DNA of 41,119 nucleotides from a virus: UHGV virus genome UHGV-0135785; one strand, 5' to 3'. Shown piece by piece: positions 38,950 to 41,119 of this stretch (position 1 is its first letter; each line of letters starts with the position of its first letter). The notes under the pieces were generated by a model. It saw only the letters and a program-made list of their open reading frames with translations, ran no database searches and was not told where the DNA came from. The position numbers and the translations under genes were made by a program.

Positions 38950-39438
38950 TTATTTGATAAGAAGTGAAGGTTTCCCAACCTTGAGTTGAGCGCCGGGGAT
39001 ATTTATTCCTGCTTTTAGTTGGTGCTTGATTGCCAACTTGTCGGCTTTAATTGTCGTTTCGAACTCAACGTATTCAGGAGGAAGGGCGCTTGAGTCGATG
39101 ATTTCTACAGTTTCTGACGGTTTGCGGATTGTTACCTGGTGAATACCTGCTCTAATCTTTTTCTTGCCAACCATTTCAAGCGATGACGCTATATATGATT
39201 TGATGCTGTCAATCTTATTTTGAATTACTGCGGCTCGCTCATTCAGCGACTTTGCCTCTTCCTTGAGGCGTTCAGCATAACCAGATTCATTTTTAATGAC
39301 GGAAAGAAGTTGCTCTATTTTATCGGTAAATTCTCCTTCCATGCCTTCTATTGTGTCAGCAATCATCTCTGGTTCTAAATCTGAATCCATCAATTTTGCG
39401 TATTCATTGGCAATTTCATACAGTTTGCTCACTGGCAA
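38950..39438 (-). CDS. Gp157-like protein (recombination-module accessory)
   Basis: 162 aa, coiled-coil-rich, immediately downstream of the RecT-like gene. Family assignment from memory. Confidence 0.5.
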   Translation of the reverse strand: MPVSKLYEIANEYAKLMDSDLEPEMIADTIEGMEGEFTDKIEQLLSVIKNESGYAERLKEEAKSLNERAAVIQNKIDSIKSYIASSLEMVGKKKIRAGIHQVTIRKPSETVEIIDSSALPPEYVEFETTIKADKLAIKHQLKAGINIPGAQLKVGKPSLLIK

Positions 39439-40318
39439 CCTCCAGTTTCGCTTTGCATTCTGCGTAAATGGCTTGTACGTTCTGCTGCAATTTCATTCCA
39501 GATGTCAGGCGATATGCTTCTGCAAAATATCGCTTCAAATCATCCATGTTTTCTGCCTGAGCCATTTCATCGCAAAGAAGTTGTGCTTTATCCATTATTT
39601 CCTGCTGGCGTTTCCGTTCATCTTCGCGGATATCTTCCTCTGATTTGTGCGGCATAACTGGTTCCTGATGCATACCTTCATCTTCGTTAAGAAGGTGAAT
39701 GGCATTATCCAGTCGCTGGGCTTTAGGCCAGTATTTGCTGGCGCGTTTAACTATTGTTTTACGCGCCATCTCTTCCCAGAATGTTTTCCACGGTCCATTC
39801 TTTGCCTTGCTCGTTGCTTCCACAGCTTTAATTTCTGCCAGACTCATTTCTTCAGTCAGGTAGTCACCATCTGCTGTTTTAACCGTGCAATAACCTCCAA
39901 CAATAGAGCCTCGCTCACCAAATGCGTTGTATTTGTGGGTTGGTGCTGAATCAAGGCCATTTGATTCATAGGTGTCGTTTGAGTACACCAGTTTGCATTG
40001 CCCCCACTTAATAGAACCTGTCGATTGCGCAAGGTGAAGTAATCCCATATAGCTGATATCAAGGCAAACCATGCCGTCGCGCGGAACTAGATAAGCAAGT
40101 TTGCTGGCCGGGTTTAAGGTGATGCCGATCGCCGCAACATTGATGATGGCGTTCTGTGCGCTGGTTGGGTTTGCCAGTGCTGTTTTAGCCAGGTAATCGT
40201 TTTTCTGGAAATACTGAATTGCAAACTGGCTTTCCTTAGCCCATGTCACCGTCTGTTCAGTCAATGCTCCGCAGAATAACTGCTCCTGCTGTTTAACGAA
40301 TTCAACGATATTGCTCAT
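39416..40318 (-). CDS. recT: RecT-family single-strand annealing recombinase
   Basis: 300 aa with RecT-like core (AIINVAAIGITLNPASKLAYLVPRDGMVCLDISYMGLLHLAQSTGSI). Confidence 0.8.
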   Translation of the reverse strand: MSNIVEFVKQQEQLFCGALTEQTVTWAKESQFAIQYFQKNDYLAKTALANPTSAQNAIINVAAIGITLNPASKLAYLVPRDGMVCLDISYMGLLHLAQSTGSIKWGQCKLVYSNDTYESNGLDSAPTHKYNAFGERGSIVGGYCTVKTADGDYLTEEMSLAEIKAVEATSKAKNGPWKTFWEEMARKTIVKRASKYWPKAQRLDNAIHLLNEDEGMHQEPVMPHKSEEDIREDERKRQQEIMDKAQLLCDEMAQAENMDDLKRYFAEAYRLTSGMKLQQNVQAIYAECKAKLEVASEQTV

Positions 40319-40626
40319 GCTGCTTCTCCATAAATGTGTCTGCGTTTGAATATTGCGAAGGCATATTCAGCCTTAACTCTTTCGGTTATTGCATCCCAGA
40401 ACCATTCAGCGGCTTTTTCCTGATAGTTACAGTCAGCATCTTCCAGCCAGTCGATAGCGTCCTTAGTGTGTTCATCTGGTTTATATGAGCGAAGCATTTC
40501 GCTTATTGGGTCGCAACGTTTGCAGAGGCGATCAACTTCACTGTTGATTCGTTCGTAATCTTCATCAGTAAAACTTGCGATTATTTGCGATATTTCACGC
40601 TTATCATTCAGAGTCAGAATCATCAT
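40315..40626 (-). CDS. Hypothetical early-left protein (103 aa)
   Basis: Intact ORF with GGAGAAAG RBS. No family recognised. Confidence 0.45.
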   Translation of the reverse strand: MMILTLNDKREISQIIASFTDEDYERINSEVDRLCKRCDPISEMLRSYKPDEHTKDAIDWLEDADCNYQEKAAEWFWDAITERVKAEYAFAIFKRRHIYGEAA

Positions 40627-40707
40627 CTTTCTCCTGTTCTTTGTGCTGATTGAGCATTTTGTTCATCTGACGAATGAACTCTTCGTCTGACCAGTTATCT
40701 GTAAAAC

Positions 40708-40860
40708 TCATTTCCTGCGATACCATGGAAGGTTGATAGCTGATTTCATCGCTTTATTTGCTTCAAGCCACATTTTGGAATCACCAATAAATCTGGCTAT
40801 TACTGCTTTGTTTTGTGCAGCACGAAGCATCTGGTGATTAATGGCTATTTCATTGCGCAT
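40708..40860 (-). CDS. kil: Kil-like protein (50 aa; below the track threshold)
   Basis: Manual translation MRNEIAINHQMLRAAQNKAVIARFIGDSKMWLEANKAMKSAINLPWYRRK. FIGD.KM motif as I recall for lambda Kil. GGAGG RBS. Confidence 0.5.
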   Translation of the reverse strand: MRNEIAINHQMLRAAQNKAVIARFIGDSKMWLEANKAMKSAINLPWYRRK

Positions 40861-40979
40861 AAGGCCTCCAGTTGTTTCTTTGCTGCTCTGATTAATTGTT
40901 TAACTCGGCGTGATAATTCAGATTCGTGCGGGTAGAAAGCGGACATGACGCCGCTACCCGCGAGCTGAAAGTGCATCAT
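40845..40979 (-). CDS. cIII: CIII-like protein (about 45 aa from the internal ATG)
   Basis: MMHFQLAGSGVMSAFYPHESELSRRVKQLIRAAKKQL parallels recalled lambda CIII. AAGGAG RBS before the ATG at 40979. Confidence 0.6.
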   Translation of the reverse strand: MMHFQLAGSGVMSAFYPHESELSRRVKQLIRAAKKQLEALCAMK

Positions 40980-41119
40980 GGGTAACTCCTTCTGTTTGAT
41001 TGCATAACGAAAATGCCTCTGGTGAAGCATCATTGGTATGCGATAAAGCCGCGCTCAGGCGGCTTTGATAGTCATATCATCTGAATCAAATATTCCTGAT
41101 GTATCGATATCGGTAATTC

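Noticed and set aside
40598..40711. 37-codon minus-strand ORF between kil-like and the 103-aa gene
   Set aside because: Short, no recognisable product, and overlaps the next gene's start. Insufficient support.

Overview
The window reads as an essentially complete, circularly permuted genome of a mosaic P22-like temperate podovirus of the CUS-3/Sf6/HK620 type, with no host flanks visible. All calls come from reading the ORF translations and the DNA by eye and from recalled family sequences; no searches or computations were run. Modules in order: (1) the pL operon end (N-like antiterminator plus two AT-rich cargo ORFs); (2) a P22-type immunity region (C2 repressor, Cro, C1/CII-like, OL/OR operators, nutL/nutR); (3) replication genes (O-like initiator with internal iterons, DnaB-type helicase); (4) a nin region (NinB/E/F/H, Rha-like, DUF1364, an inserted HNH endonuclease, RusA); (5) a lambda-type Q–pR'–tR'–S–R–Rz/Rz1 block; (6) an AT-rich T5orf172-domain moron; (7) P22/Sf6-like terminase, portal, scaffold, coat, gp4/gp10/gp26 and ejection proteins; (8) an immI-like region with two Mnt paralogs, Arc, Ant and three small AT-rich cargo ORFs; (9) a chimeric endosialidase tailspike; (10) a neuO-like O-acetyltransferase with five AAGACTC heptads, which puts the body out of frame; (11) a P4-type integrase and AlpA-like excisionase with tRNA-Arg-like fragments nearby; (12) the early-left operon (RecT, Gp157-like, Kil, CIII-like). 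The best candidates for undescribed biology are the cargo loci: the two-gene cassette downstream of N, the T5orf172 moron, and the HExxH/YjzC/membrane-protein cluster beside immI.
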